From: an uncultured Muribaculaceae bacterium
GTDB taxonomy: Bacteria > Bacillota_I > Bacilli_A > RF39 > UBA660
Length of the DNA: 45,970 nt
Reading direction: 5' to 3'
Assembly: GCA_964616495.1 (NCBI GenBank)
Contig: CAZTRF010000003.1
Span: forward strand, 1 to 45,970
Part shown: piece by piece, positions 25,943 through 35,700 of the stretch
Position numbering within the stretch: the stretch's first letter is position 1
How the letters are laid out: each line of letters begins with the position of its first letter
Translations under genes and position numbers: made by a program
Notes under the pieces: model-generated
What the model was told of the DNA's origin: nothing
What the model saw: the letters and a program-made list of their open reading frames with translations, nothing else
The model's database searches: none

Positions 25943-25973
25943 TGGCCGTCATAGATAGCAATGGGGTGAAATA

Positions 25974-26579
25974 ATGAAGAAAGAACCAAAGAAAATTTTA
26001 AAAGTAATTCTTAATGTATTACTATGGATTGTAATTTTAACAGCTGCCGGAGTTACGATAGTTTCTCTTAGTACAAAAGAAAAAGGAGTAGCTACGATAG
26101 GCGGTACAATTCCATATAGTATTCAGTCAGATTCTATGTACCCTACAATTAAAAAGGGAGATTTGATTATTACCAAAAAGTATGATAATGAAAAAACCAC
26201 TTTAAAAGTAGGAGATGTAATTTCATTCTTTGCTTTTGAAGAAGATACCAAAATTGTCAAAACTCACAGAATTACTGAAGTTAATGGAACTGAAACTAGT
26301 ATGGTTTCTTACACTACCAAAGGAGATAATAACTTAGCTGAAGATGAAGTTGAAGTGGCACCAGGAGATATTATTTCTGTATGGGAAGGAACTAGAATTG
26401 GAAAAGTAGGATACATTTTATCATTTTTAAAATCAAAATATGGTTTCTTAATTTGCATAATATTACCATTATTTGGGATATTTGCATATCAGCTTTATAA
26501 GTTTGTTGCACTTATAATTGATGAGAAAAAAAGAGAAGCTATTAGAGAAATAGAAAAAGCCAAAAAAATGGCTAGATAA
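25974..26579 (+). CDS. sipW: Signal peptidase I, SipW (ER/archaeal) type, copy 1
   Basis: N-terminal TM helix, SDSMYPTIKKGDLII (Ser box), KTHRI (His box), TKGDNNLAEDE and a C-terminal TM helix. Confidence 0.85.
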   Translation: MKKEPKKILKVILNVLLWIVILTAAGVTIVSLSTKEKGVATIGGTIPYSIQSDSMYPTIKKGDLIITKKYDNEKTTLKVGDVISFFAFEEDTKIVKTHRITEVNGTETSMVSYTTKGDNNLAEDEVEVAPGDIISVWEGTRIGKVGYILSFLKSKYGFLICIILPLFGIFAYQLYKFVALIIDEKKREAIREIEKAKKMAR

Positions 26580-26584
26580 AAGCG

Positions 26585-26615
26585 AAAAATCAATTTAGAA
26601 ATAAATTGATTTTTT
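26585..26615 (+). terminator. Rho-independent terminator ending module 1
   Basis: 13-bp stem AAAAATCAATTTA / TAAATTGATTTTT with loop GAAA and a T tail. Confidence 0.75.
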
Positions 26616-26649
26616 CATGGAATTATTTAGGAAAAATAGAGTTATTTTG

Positions 26650-26678
26650 TTGATATATGTCTAGTCAAATGATATAAT
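26650..26678 (+). promoter_or_regulatory. Sigma-A-type promoter of module 2
   Basis: TTGATA, a 17-nt spacer, then TATAAT. Confidence 0.55.
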
Positions 26679-26738
26679 TATTTATAGTGTAATGTATGAT
26701 AATACCCTACTTATACCAATAGTAAATGAGGCATTAAT

Positions 26739-28280
26739 ATGGATATGTTTGTTCGATTCTTATTTGATTTTTTATCCCAGCTCTTTTCAGGAGTGAAAAT
26801 GATTTTTTCAGGAATATTTGAAGGGCTATGGATGATGGTTGACATTCCGGCTTATATAGCAATTATAAAAGATTATAAATTAGAATTTACTGGTGGGCAT
26901 TGGGTCGCTGTTATTTTAGCAGCCTTAATAGTATTAGTTTTAATAGCCGGAATAATTTTACTGCTTTGGTTGCTATTAAGAAAATATGTTAGAATTAGAA
27001 AAAGTCTTGTAGAACAGGAAACTCTTTTAGAAGAAGTTGCTGAGTTAAATCGAAGCGTATTAACCCTTACTCAAGAGAAAGATAGAATTCTTGCAATGAA
27101 AGTTAGTCAATTGGGTCTAAAGCCTACTGATTCTCCAGAGCTTAGCCTTGAAGGAGAAAAAACTGATGGTGATACGAACGAGGTGGCTACTGAAGAAGGA
27201 GCAAGCCGATTCTTTAAACTTACTCAAATTGATGAAGCAATGAAAACCTATGTGGCTGAGCCATCAAATAACGATTATACATTAGAAAGCTTGTGCGATA
27301 CAATTCGTAACTATGCCGCTAGTCAAATGAGACTTTATTATAAAATTAAAATAATTAGATTGTTTATAGCTTCATTAGCTTCTTCAAGATTAATTATTTT
27401 ACAAGGTATATCTGGAACTGGTAAAACTTCTTTGCCTTATTGCATTGGTAAGTTCTTAAGCAATGATGCTATTATTGCTTCGGTTCAACCATCATGGCGT
27501 GATCGTACCGAGTTATTTGGGTACTTTAACGAATTTACAAAAAAATTCAATGAAACTGAAGTTTTAAGAGCAATGTATGAGGCAACATATGTTGATAAAA
27601 TTTATTTAACTATTTTGGATGAAATGAACATTGCCCGTGTTGAATATTATTTTGCGGAAATGCTATCTATTTTGGAAATGCCTAGTAGAGATGAATGGAT
27701 TATCGATTTAGTACCAAATCCTTGGCCAAATGATCCGATAAAAATGCCTGGTGGTAAATTAAAACTTCCTGATAACATGTGGTATATCGGAACCATCAAC
27801 AACGATGACTCAACATTTATGGTTACCGATAAAGTTTATGACCGTGCTATGCCAATAAATATTAATGAAAAAGGGGCCCCTTTTGAAGCACCGGTAACAG
27901 AAGGAATGAATTTAAGTAGTAAGTTCTTAGAAAGTTTATTTCAAGAGGCTTATCAGAAACATCCGGTAAGTCAAGAATGCTTAGACAAAATTGAACTTAT
28001 GGATGACTATGTTATTGAACATTTTAGATTAGCGTTTGGTAACCGTATTGTTAAACAACTAAAAGATTTTGTTCCAGCTTATGTTGCTTGTGGTGGTACA
28101 GAAATTGATGGAGTTGACTATTTAATAGCCAATAAGATATTAAGAAAATTTGAACAATTAAATTTAGCGTTCATACGAGATGAAGTAGATGGCTTTATTA
28201 AATTTCTAGATAAAGAATTTGGTAAAGAAAATATGGGCGAATGTAAAGATTATTTAAATAGATTAAAAAGAATGATGTAA
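26739..28280 (+). CDS. Membrane-anchored McrB-like AAA+ (AAA_5) NTPase
   Basis: 513 aa. TM helix WVAVILAALIVLVLIAGIILLLWLLL, a coiled-coil stretch, an acidic linker and then an AAA+ core: Walker A GISGTGKTS (nt 27405-27431), VQPSWRDRTELFGYFN, Walker B and the McrB signature LTILDEMNIARVEYYFAEMLSILE, and WYIGTINNDDSTFMVTDKVYDRA. Confidence 0.75.
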   Translation: MDMFVRFLFDFLSQLFSGVKMIFSGIFEGLWMMVDIPAYIAIIKDYKLEFTGGHWVAVILAALIVLVLIAGIILLLWLLLRKYVRIRKSLVEQETLLEEVAELNRSVLTLTQEKDRILAMKVSQLGLKPTDSPELSLEGEKTDGDTNEVATEEGASRFFKLTQIDEAMKTYVAEPSNNDYTLESLCDTIRNYAASQMRLYYKIKIIRLFIASLASSRLIILQGISGTGKTSLPYCIGKFLSNDAIIASVQPSWRDRTELFGYFNEFTKKFNETEVLRAMYEATYVDKIYLTILDEMNIARVEYYFAEMLSILEMPSRDEWIIDLVPNPWPNDPIKMPGGKLKLPDNMWYIGTINNDDSTFMVTDKVYDRAMPININEKGAPFEAPVTEGMNLSSKFLESLFQEAYQKHPVSQECLDKIELMDDYVIEHFRLAFGNRIVKQLKDFVPAYVACGGTEIDGVDYLIANKILRKFEQLNLAFIRDEVDGFIKFLDKEFGKENMGECKDYLNRLKRMM

Positions 28281-28290
28281 GGAGAGGACT

Positions 28291-29418
28291 ATGGAAGACA
28301 ATAAATTCTTTTCAATTGTTAATAACATTGGCGAAGATTCTATAGAGTCTTTCCTAGAACGAAACAGTTCACAAACAAATGTTACAATTGATTATGAAAA
28401 AATAGAATTTGATTATTCGTGGTTAGAAAAAATAGAGATTACTATTCCCTATTTGGATAATATAGTTAGAAATCCCAAACGATTTATTATGCAAGAGGAA
28501 GAAATAGTACCGGTCGAAAAGGCTAGAAAAATAACCGTTGAAACAGTAAAGCATCTGGCTACTCATACTAATCTAATTCAAGATATTAGTGATGAAGGAG
28601 ATATAACTCCTAGTCATTTATTAAATATTCATAAAGAAGAAAGCTTTGATATTTATGAAAATCGATTTATTTATTCTTTACTAGTAAATTTGCAAATGTT
28701 TATAAAAAGAAGGTCAGAAGTTTCGGCTTCAGGATCAAGCTGTAAATCGTATAAAAAGTTAAATTATATAGGAGAAACAGTAATTGGGGATGAAAAAGTA
28801 AAAATGTCGGTAGACTTAGAAGCCAATAATTACGATGATCTCGTTAATAAAGATGTTAGTAAATTAAGCTTATCTGATCGTATTGGCAGAGTTTCTTTAA
28901 TAGTTAGTGACTTTATGAAAAGTGCTTTTATTAGAGATTTAACCAGTGGCCAAATTCAACCGGTTAGGTCACCAATTACTAAAACAAACACTATTTTAAA
29001 AAACACCAACTTTCAAAAAGCACTGGAATTATGGGAATTTATTGAAAGATATGATGTGAATTCCAAGTCGGAGAAAAAAGATAATCGTTCTTTTGAAGAC
29101 AAAGGCGAAATAAAAGACAACATGGATATGAGTTTTTTAGTTAATTATTTAATTTTAAACGATGCTTTTGAAGGAACTAAGCCTCAAGCACAAGCCGTTA
29201 AGAAATATTATTTAACTAAGGTTATTAAAGATTTTGTTGATAAGAATGACATGGATCAAAAAGAATTTATTAAACTATTAAGTGAAGAATTTAATATTTT
29301 AAATAAAGAAAAATTGGTTAAAGAAAAATATTTTGTTGATTTGTTTAAAAAGGCCATTAAGAAATATTATAATCATCGTAAAAATTTGCTTAAAAAAATT
29401 GTTATAAAGGTGACTTAA
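28291..29418 (+). CDS. McrC N-terminal / DUF2357-like partner protein with no recognisable nuclease motif
   Basis: Starts 10 nt after the AAA+ gene. SFDIYENRFIYSLLVNLQMFIKRR and NTNFQKALELWEFIERY resemble the DUF2357/McrC N-terminal region. I see no PD-(D/E)xK pattern. The C-terminus is Lys-rich, and the stop overlaps the next ATG (TAATG). Confidence 0.55.
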   Translation: MEDNKFFSIVNNIGEDSIESFLERNSSQTNVTIDYEKIEFDYSWLEKIEITIPYLDNIVRNPKRFIMQEEEIVPVEKARKITVETVKHLATHTNLIQDISDEGDITPSHLLNIHKEESFDIYENRFIYSLLVNLQMFIKRRSEVSASGSSCKSYKKLNYIGETVIGDEKVKMSVDLEANNYDDLVNKDVSKLSLSDRIGRVSLIVSDFMKSAFIRDLTSGQIQPVRSPITKTNTILKNTNFQKALELWEFIERYDVNSKSEKKDNRSFEDKGEIKDNMDMSFLVNYLILNDAFEGTKPQAQAVKKYYLTKVIKDFVDKNDMDQKEFIKLLSEEFNILNKEKLVKEKYFVDLFKKAIKKYYNHRKNLLKKIVIKVT

Positions 29419-30551
29419 TGAGCAGAGAGTCTAAGAAAAAGATTTTTGGAGGAATGATAAAACTAATTGGAATATTAATAGGATTTTATATTGCTAGTTA
29501 TGCCTGGTTTAATAGCAATGAAGAAACTAGATTAGGAAATATTGAGATAGGCACTGATAAATTTAACAAAGTATATATGTCTATAGATGAGGGGACTACT
29601 TGGGATACATCGTTAGATGTTAATATTACTAATAATTTTAAATTTAGTAATGAAGTTACTAGTGATGGAGTTAGCTTTTACAAAGCAGCTAATAAAAGAG
29701 ATGATGGTACTCCAATATCATTTAGAGCAGCAACTGCTAATTCGGATTATTTTGAATTTAATGTTTGGTTTAAAGCTGAACAGAATTCCGGGATATTCCT
29801 AGATCAATCTTCTTCTATTGAACCGGAAGTTGGAACTGGAGCTGAGGTGTTAATTGGAAATACAGCTTTAAATATTAGTGGATATGGCCCTTTTAGCAAA
29901 GATTTAATAGCCGGAGGAGTAAGGGTAGCATTTATCAAAAATGATTTGGTAAATGATGAATATGTACCCAAAGTTAACACTCAAATGGTATGGGCTCCTA
30001 ATAAAGGATATGAAATAGTCTATAGCAATGATAGTTATAGTGCTTACTTGAATTCAAGTAATATTCAAAACTATAATTATGTTGACCCCACTGAGCAAGC
30101 ATATTATGTAGAAAAAAGAGTGCCTAATATAAAGGATAACTTAAGGGCAAATGATACTACTTTTAATGCTTATGGAGATCCAACATTGGTTTATATAAAT
30201 AATGATGAAACACCTAATGATATTGAGGTAATGACAATAAGAATTTGGGTAGAAGGAAATGACCGAGATGCTATTTCAGCTCTTAAAGGCGGCAATTTCA
30301 TAATGAAAATGAAATTTGTGTCGATAATGAAAGAACCTAATACAGGCACTCCAATGGTAACGGCTGATACTACTGATAATATTATAAATGATTTTGCAGA
30401 AGGAATGGAATATTCAATAGACTATGGTAACAATTGGATAGGATATGATATTACCCCTAATCCTCAATTTGATTCTTCAACTACTGTTTGGGTAAGATAT
30501 ATTGAAAATGCGACTAGATTTGCATCAGAAAAAACGATTTTGAGCTTTTAG
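29418..30551 (+). CDS. TasA/camelysin-like secreted protein with a SipW-cognate signal and a C-terminal extra domain
   Basis: GILIGFYIASYAWFNSNEE, plus blocks DYFEFNVWFKAEQ, GGVRVAFIKND and IRIWVEGNDRDAIS. A roughly 75-aa C-terminal extension carries MEYSIDYGNNW...TVWVRYIE. Confidence 0.7.
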   Translation: MSRESKKKIFGGMIKLIGILIGFYIASYAWFNSNEETRLGNIEIGTDKFNKVYMSIDEGTTWDTSLDVNITNNFKFSNEVTSDGVSFYKAANKRDDGTPISFRAATANSDYFEFNVWFKAEQNSGIFLDQSSSIEPEVGTGAEVLIGNTALNISGYGPFSKDLIAGGVRVAFIKNDLVNDEYVPKVNTQMVWAPNKGYEIVYSNDSYSAYLNSSNIQNYNYVDPTEQAYYVEKRVPNIKDNLRANDTTFNAYGDPTLVYINNDETPNDIEVMTIRIWVEGNDRDAISALKGGNFIMKMKFVSIMKEPNTGTPMVTADTTDNIINDFAEGMEYSIDYGNNWIGYDITPNPQFDSSTTVWVRYIENATRFASEKTILSF

Positions 30552-30564
30552 AAAGGAAAGTAAC

Positions 30565-31611
30565 ATGAATAGAAAACTAATTATAAAATTAGTTACGATT
30601 GTTGAAATACTAGTTCTTTTTGGAATTGGATCTTATGCATGGTTTGCTGATAAAAGTAGTCCTACTATTTCTCAAAACAATTTTCGTGTTACTTCAGCTG
30701 AAGGGCTAAACATAAAACTAGCCATAGATAGTGCTAGTAGAACAACTATTAACTTAAATGTATTGTTTGCTGATTTTGGATTATTTGAAATAAAACAAGT
30801 TTCTTCAGCTGATGCTATTAACTTTTTTACAATTGATTTTGGAGCCGGTCTATCATATACCAATCCTCGTTATGTTCAACTGCTACCTAATGCATATGGC
30901 CAAATTGATATGGTTGACTATGGTTATATTGAGCATACCTTTTATCTTCAAACTGAAGATTTTGGAAAGCATGTTTATTTTCATAAAGATACCGCCATTA
31001 CAGGAGTGGCAGCCGATGCCATGAGAGTATCATTATCTTATAATATTGATAGCCAAGATTATGTTTATATTTTTGGAACTGAAGAAGAAAATGGAGTTAT
31101 AGGATATACAACTGCAGCGGTAGTAGATGAAGGAGAATTTACATATTCCAGTCCTGATCCTAGTCTTTTAGGTAATCAAACAGTTTATACTTTTGCTAGT
31201 AAAAATGGGGGAAGAGGAACTAGTGATGATGATCCAATCGATTTGGCAAAAACTTTATTTACAATACAACCTAACTCAATTCTTCCAGTAACTATTAAAA
31301 TATGGCTGGAAGGCGGAGATGATGATTGTGATAACACTTTAGCGGATAGCGCGTTAGATGTAATTATAAAATTTGGTAGTGCAAATCAATTATTAGATCC
31401 ACCACTTGTAACACCAAATAACCAATTCTTAACTATTAATGGGCTAACTACCGATATGCAATATGCCTTTACTAATACTTCTGACACCATATGGGCAACA
31501 GTAACTAACACTGGTATTACCTTTAACAATGGTCAAACAGTTTATGTAAGAATAGCGGAGGTTCCGGGGGTAAGCCCTGCTTCACATCCAGCTGTTGTAA
31601 CATTTAACTAG
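30565..31611 (+). CDS. TasA/camelysin-like secreted protein with a SipW-cognate signal and a C-terminal extra domain
   Basis: LFGIGSYAWFADKSS, plus blocks GYIEHTFYLQTED, DAMRVSLSYN and IKIWLEGGDDDCDNT. The C-terminal extension carries MQYAFTNTSDTIW...TVYVRIAE. Confidence 0.7.
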   Translation: MNRKLIIKLVTIVEILVLFGIGSYAWFADKSSPTISQNNFRVTSAEGLNIKLAIDSASRTTINLNVLFADFGLFEIKQVSSADAINFFTIDFGAGLSYTNPRYVQLLPNAYGQIDMVDYGYIEHTFYLQTEDFGKHVYFHKDTAITGVAADAMRVSLSYNIDSQDYVYIFGTEEENGVIGYTTAAVVDEGEFTYSSPDPSLLGNQTVYTFASKNGGRGTSDDDPIDLAKTLFTIQPNSILPVTIKIWLEGGDDDCDNTLADSALDVIIKFGSANQLLDPPLVTPNNQFLTINGLTTDMQYAFTNTSDTIWATVTNTGITFNNGQTVYVRIAEVPGVSPASHPAVVTFN

Positions 31612-31618
31612 GTGAAAT

Positions 31619-32194
31619 ATGAAAGAAGGTCGAAAAAAACAATTAAATATCTACTTAAACATCTGTTTATTATTATTAATAGGGGTAGCAACCTACTCAT
31701 GGATGCTAACTGAACCTGAAGTAGGCGAGAATTTACGCTATCAAAGGAACTTAATTATTAGCTCTAGTACAATTTCAGTCAAAATATATGAGTATGTTGA
31801 TAATGAATATGTTGAAATTTTAAATTCTCCTTTTGATATCAAATATGTAGCTCCGGGAGTAAATACTCAGTTTAAGTTTGAAATTTCTAATAATAAAAAT
31901 TATACTACTTCTACTAACATTATTTTTTCGGGTATTACCGGGGACATTGCAGCTCTTAGTGATAATTTATATTTTAATACAACTAGTCCAACAGCAATTA
32001 GCAAAAATTTAGGTAGAGATATTATATACAATGCAACTTCAGATGTTTATTACATGGTATTTTTAAGAAATTTCCAAGTACCAGCTAATCAAACAATTTC
32101 GGTATATTGGAATGTAAATATCGATGAAAGAGCCGCTAATGAAGTGGCGAGTAAAATGTTAACAATTGATCATATTGCATTTATAAAACCATAG
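31619..32194 (+). CDS. Short TasA/camelysin-like secreted protein (minor subunit candidate)
   Basis: LLLIGVATYSWMLTEPE signal variant. The FKFEISNNKNY block recalls the TasA-type f-x-f-x-N-x-G strand. Confidence 0.55.
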   Translation: MKEGRKKQLNIYLNICLLLLIGVATYSWMLTEPEVGENLRYQRNLIISSSTISVKIYEYVDNEYVEILNSPFDIKYVAPGVNTQFKFEISNNKNYTTSTNIIFSGITGDIAALSDNLYFNTTSPTAISKNLGRDIIYNATSDVYYMVFLRNFQVPANQTISVYWNVNIDERAANEVASKMLTIDHIAFIKP

Positions 32195-32207
32195 AAGGAG
32201 AGAAAAC

Positions 32208-32762
32208 ATGCTAAAATTTTTAAAAGATAAAAAAGATTTACTTATTAAGATATTAGAAATAGTAGTTTTAGTATTAATATCTCTTTTTTGTGTAATAAGT
32301 TTATATCAAAAAATATTTAACAATGCTCCAGTTTTTGGTCATCGAGTATTTGTCATAGTTTCTGATAGTATGAAACCCGTTTTAAAAAAGAATGATGTCA
32401 TTTTGGTTAAAGAAACTAAACCAGAAGATATAGAAATCGGAGATATTATTACCTATCAAGGAATGCAAAGCGAAATGGCTGATAAGATTATTACCCATGA
32501 GGTAGTCAATATTACAAGAGAAAATGGTAAATATATTTTCTATACGAGAGGAAGAGCTAATACGGGTATTGATCCCGCTGTTTATGAAGAACAATTATAT
32601 GGGGTAATGACCAGTAAATTGGCTGTAATAAGTTTTATAAGTCGAATAGTTAGAAGCACTATTGGATTTATATTGGTAATTGCCATTCCTCTTTGTTATT
32701 TATTTATTACAGAAATAATAGATGTTAAAAAAGAAATGAAATTAAAAAAAGAAACCAATTAA
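32208..32762 (+). CDS. sipW: Signal peptidase I, SipW type, copy 2 (divergent box E)
   Basis: VSDSMKPVLKKNDVILV (Ser box) and ITHEV (His box). It has TRGRANTGIDP where copy 1 has TKGDNNLAEDE. TM helices at both the N- and C-terminus. Confidence 0.8.
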   Translation: MLKFLKDKKDLLIKILEIVVLVLISLFCVISLYQKIFNNAPVFGHRVFVIVSDSMKPVLKKNDVILVKETKPEDIEIGDIITYQGMQSEMADKIITHEVVNITRENGKYIFYTRGRANTGIDPAVYEEQLYGVMTSKLAVISFISRIVRSTIGFILVIAIPLCYLFITEIIDVKKEMKLKKETN

Positions 32763-32794
32763 AAACTGATTAATGTAGAGAAAGGAGGATAAGA

Positions 32795-35700
32795 ATGCAA
32801 AAGAAATTAAATAAATCTATTAGAAATTATTATTACAAGAAAAATTATCGAGATTTTATTTTAAATAAAAATCCTTTAGTATTGTTTAAAAACTTAAAAA
32901 AGTTATTATTTCCAGGATTTAGCAAATTAGAAGATTTAAAAGATAAGCCTAAGGCCATTAAAAAAGCTTTAACTTTTGAAAAAAGAACTTATTTAAAATT
33001 TGCTGTTATTATTGCTATTCTTGTCTTTACTTTCTCTAATTCATTTTCATGGTTATATGAATATTATCTTAGTCATGGCTCATTAATTACCACTGGAGAA
33101 ATTAGTCATGAAATTATTGAATATGATGATACAGGAGCTGCCTTATTAGAAGATTCTATTACTCATACCTTGATTTATGAAACTAATATGAGTAATGTAA
33201 CTAAATCCACAAAGTTTTTAGAGGTTCGTAATACTGGAACTCTAGATATGGAATATAGTGTTTCATTCTCTTTAGAAGGAACCATTGAAGTGTCGGGAAT
33301 AATGTTTTATCGTATTTATGATATAACTAGCGAAGTTAATAATGAAACAATTTCAGCAACTTATCCTACCAGATTACAGGCTTATGCCGCTAACAATCCA
33401 ATAGATCCAGCTTTAGAAACTGATACTACAAAACCAGTTTCTAATATGAGTTTACTTAATAATTTAATTGTTACAGGAACTGTGGAAGTAAATAATGATC
33501 CAACCTTAAATTCTAAATATTATCGTATTGATTATGGCATGTATACGGGAGTCACAACTACGGCCTATCAAGATGATTCTTTTTCAGTTCATTTAAATGT
33601 ATATTCTTCTCAAGTGGGAACCATTTCTAATTCAGCTAATTCTCATATATGGGAAGTTAGTACCGAAACTCAATTACGTGAAGTTTTATTATCATCAAAT
33701 TCAGGTGATACCATTAGACTGATTGATGATATTTCGATAGCTGGTAATTTAGCTATATCAAAAAGAATTAATTTAGATACCAATGATTATATTTTAAATA
33801 TAGCTGGAGATTTAATTTATGATTTTGTTAACTTAGGCAATTTAACTATTGATGTTTCTGGAGAAGGACGTATTAGGGTTGGAAATAACTTTAATATGAC
33901 CGTTCCTAAGGCATCTGTCCATATTATAGGAAATGACAAAAATTATGACTTCTTTGTCGGAGGCACTGTAACTTGGAATGCAATTCAAGATGGTGAAAAT
34001 GATGGTATTTTGTTAGAAAATGTTAATTTTGTCAGTAGTACTCAAACCTTAATGCCAATTAATGTTAATTTATTATCTAATACCAGACTTACTTTAGCTC
34101 CGGGGGTTAGATTAGGATTTGTTTATGCTAATCAAGGGTCAACCAATATTGAAGTTATCAACAATGGTATTATTACGCAATTGCAATTTCAAGATATGAA
34201 TTTACTTGCTACCTTTACTAAAGCACAAATTTACGTTTATAATTTAGGTACTATTTTAGGAGTTGAAGGATCTACTGGTATTCTTTTACCAACAACATCT
34301 ACTCCTTATTTGGGCCCTAATAATGGTAATACTTTAATCGTTAGAGGTATCACATCATCGGATATTACTGTATCTGGATCTCAAAATTACACTCTTATTG
34401 ATATTCAAAATAATTATACTAATTCATCGGTTATTCCTTATAATGTGGTCCCTAATGTAGAGCCGGATTCTTATATGGTCTACATAAGAGAAAATAATGT
34501 TTCGGTAGAAAGTTTATTAACTGAATATTTTGAACAAAGAAACGTTGTTAGTGCTTCAGCAAGCATAACTGGTATTAAGAATTTAATGATTTATACCCTA
34601 AATGCTCAATATGTTGAAAATGAAGATTTCGCATTCTTTAAGAGCACCCGAATTCCAAATTTAGAATATCTAAATTTAGAAAATTCTCGTATTAAAGATG
34701 ATTCTAATGGAACAACTGTTTACAACAAAATTGTAGATGGAGCTATGGAAGGAAAAACCAGTCTAAAAACCTTATTACTTCCTAATACATTAATTGAAAT
34801 AGGAGATTATGCCTTTAATGGAATAGTTTTAGGACATTTATCTAATTTATCATCAGAATCATTTAGTTTTATTACTATTCCTGAGACAGTAGAGGAAATA
34901 GGAGACTATGCCTTCTATAATGCTGAATATGTAAAAATGAGATCAGCTAATGTTCCAACACTTTATGCACATAGCTTTAATACAAGTAATAGCGGTGCTA
35001 AGTATTTTGTTCCTCATGGAAGTATATCTACCTATCAAGAAAACCAATATATTAACGAAATTAATGTTCACGAAACTGCTGATTTATCTGATAATAGGCG
35101 TTACTTCCTTTATGATAGTATCAATGGTGGATATGGAATTTCTTATAATGTTAATAACTTAAATACTTCTACTACTTTAGGTATTCCAGGAACAGAAATT
35201 TATAATGGAACAGAAAAAAATATTACTGCTATCGGAACTTCTGCATATCGTGATTTATCAATAACAAATGCTGAAGGAGTAGCTTTGATTTTGGAGAGCA
35301 CAGTTGCTAAAATAGATGCTTACGCTTTCTATGACTTAAATATTAAATCGGCCTCATTTAGTAGTATTACCGAAGTGGGAGACTATGCTTTTTATAGTGT
35401 GCCTTTAGCTAGAGTTTTTGGAAATAATATTACTAAAATAGGAAATTATGCTTTTTATGAAAGTGGAATAACTAATCTTTCATTAGGCAATATTTCTTCA
35501 ATAGGAAATTATGCCTTTACTAATAATTTATCATTAACTGAAATTGATTTAGGAAATATTAGAACAATAGGAAATTATGCTTTTTCTAATTGTCAATCTA
35601 TTACTAAGGCAACTTTTGATACCATTGAAACCGAAATAGTAAACAATGCTGAAGAAATGAATATTCAACTTGGAACAAATGCTTTAGTGGGAAATTGGGG

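Noticed and set aside
26739-29418. Classical McrBC type IV restriction system
   Set aside because: The AAA+ protein has a TM anchor and coiled coil in place of a DNA-binding N-domain. The partner shows no PD-(D/E)xK motif that I can see. The pair is translationally coupled to secreted-protein genes. It is kept as a finding, but not called a restriction enzyme.
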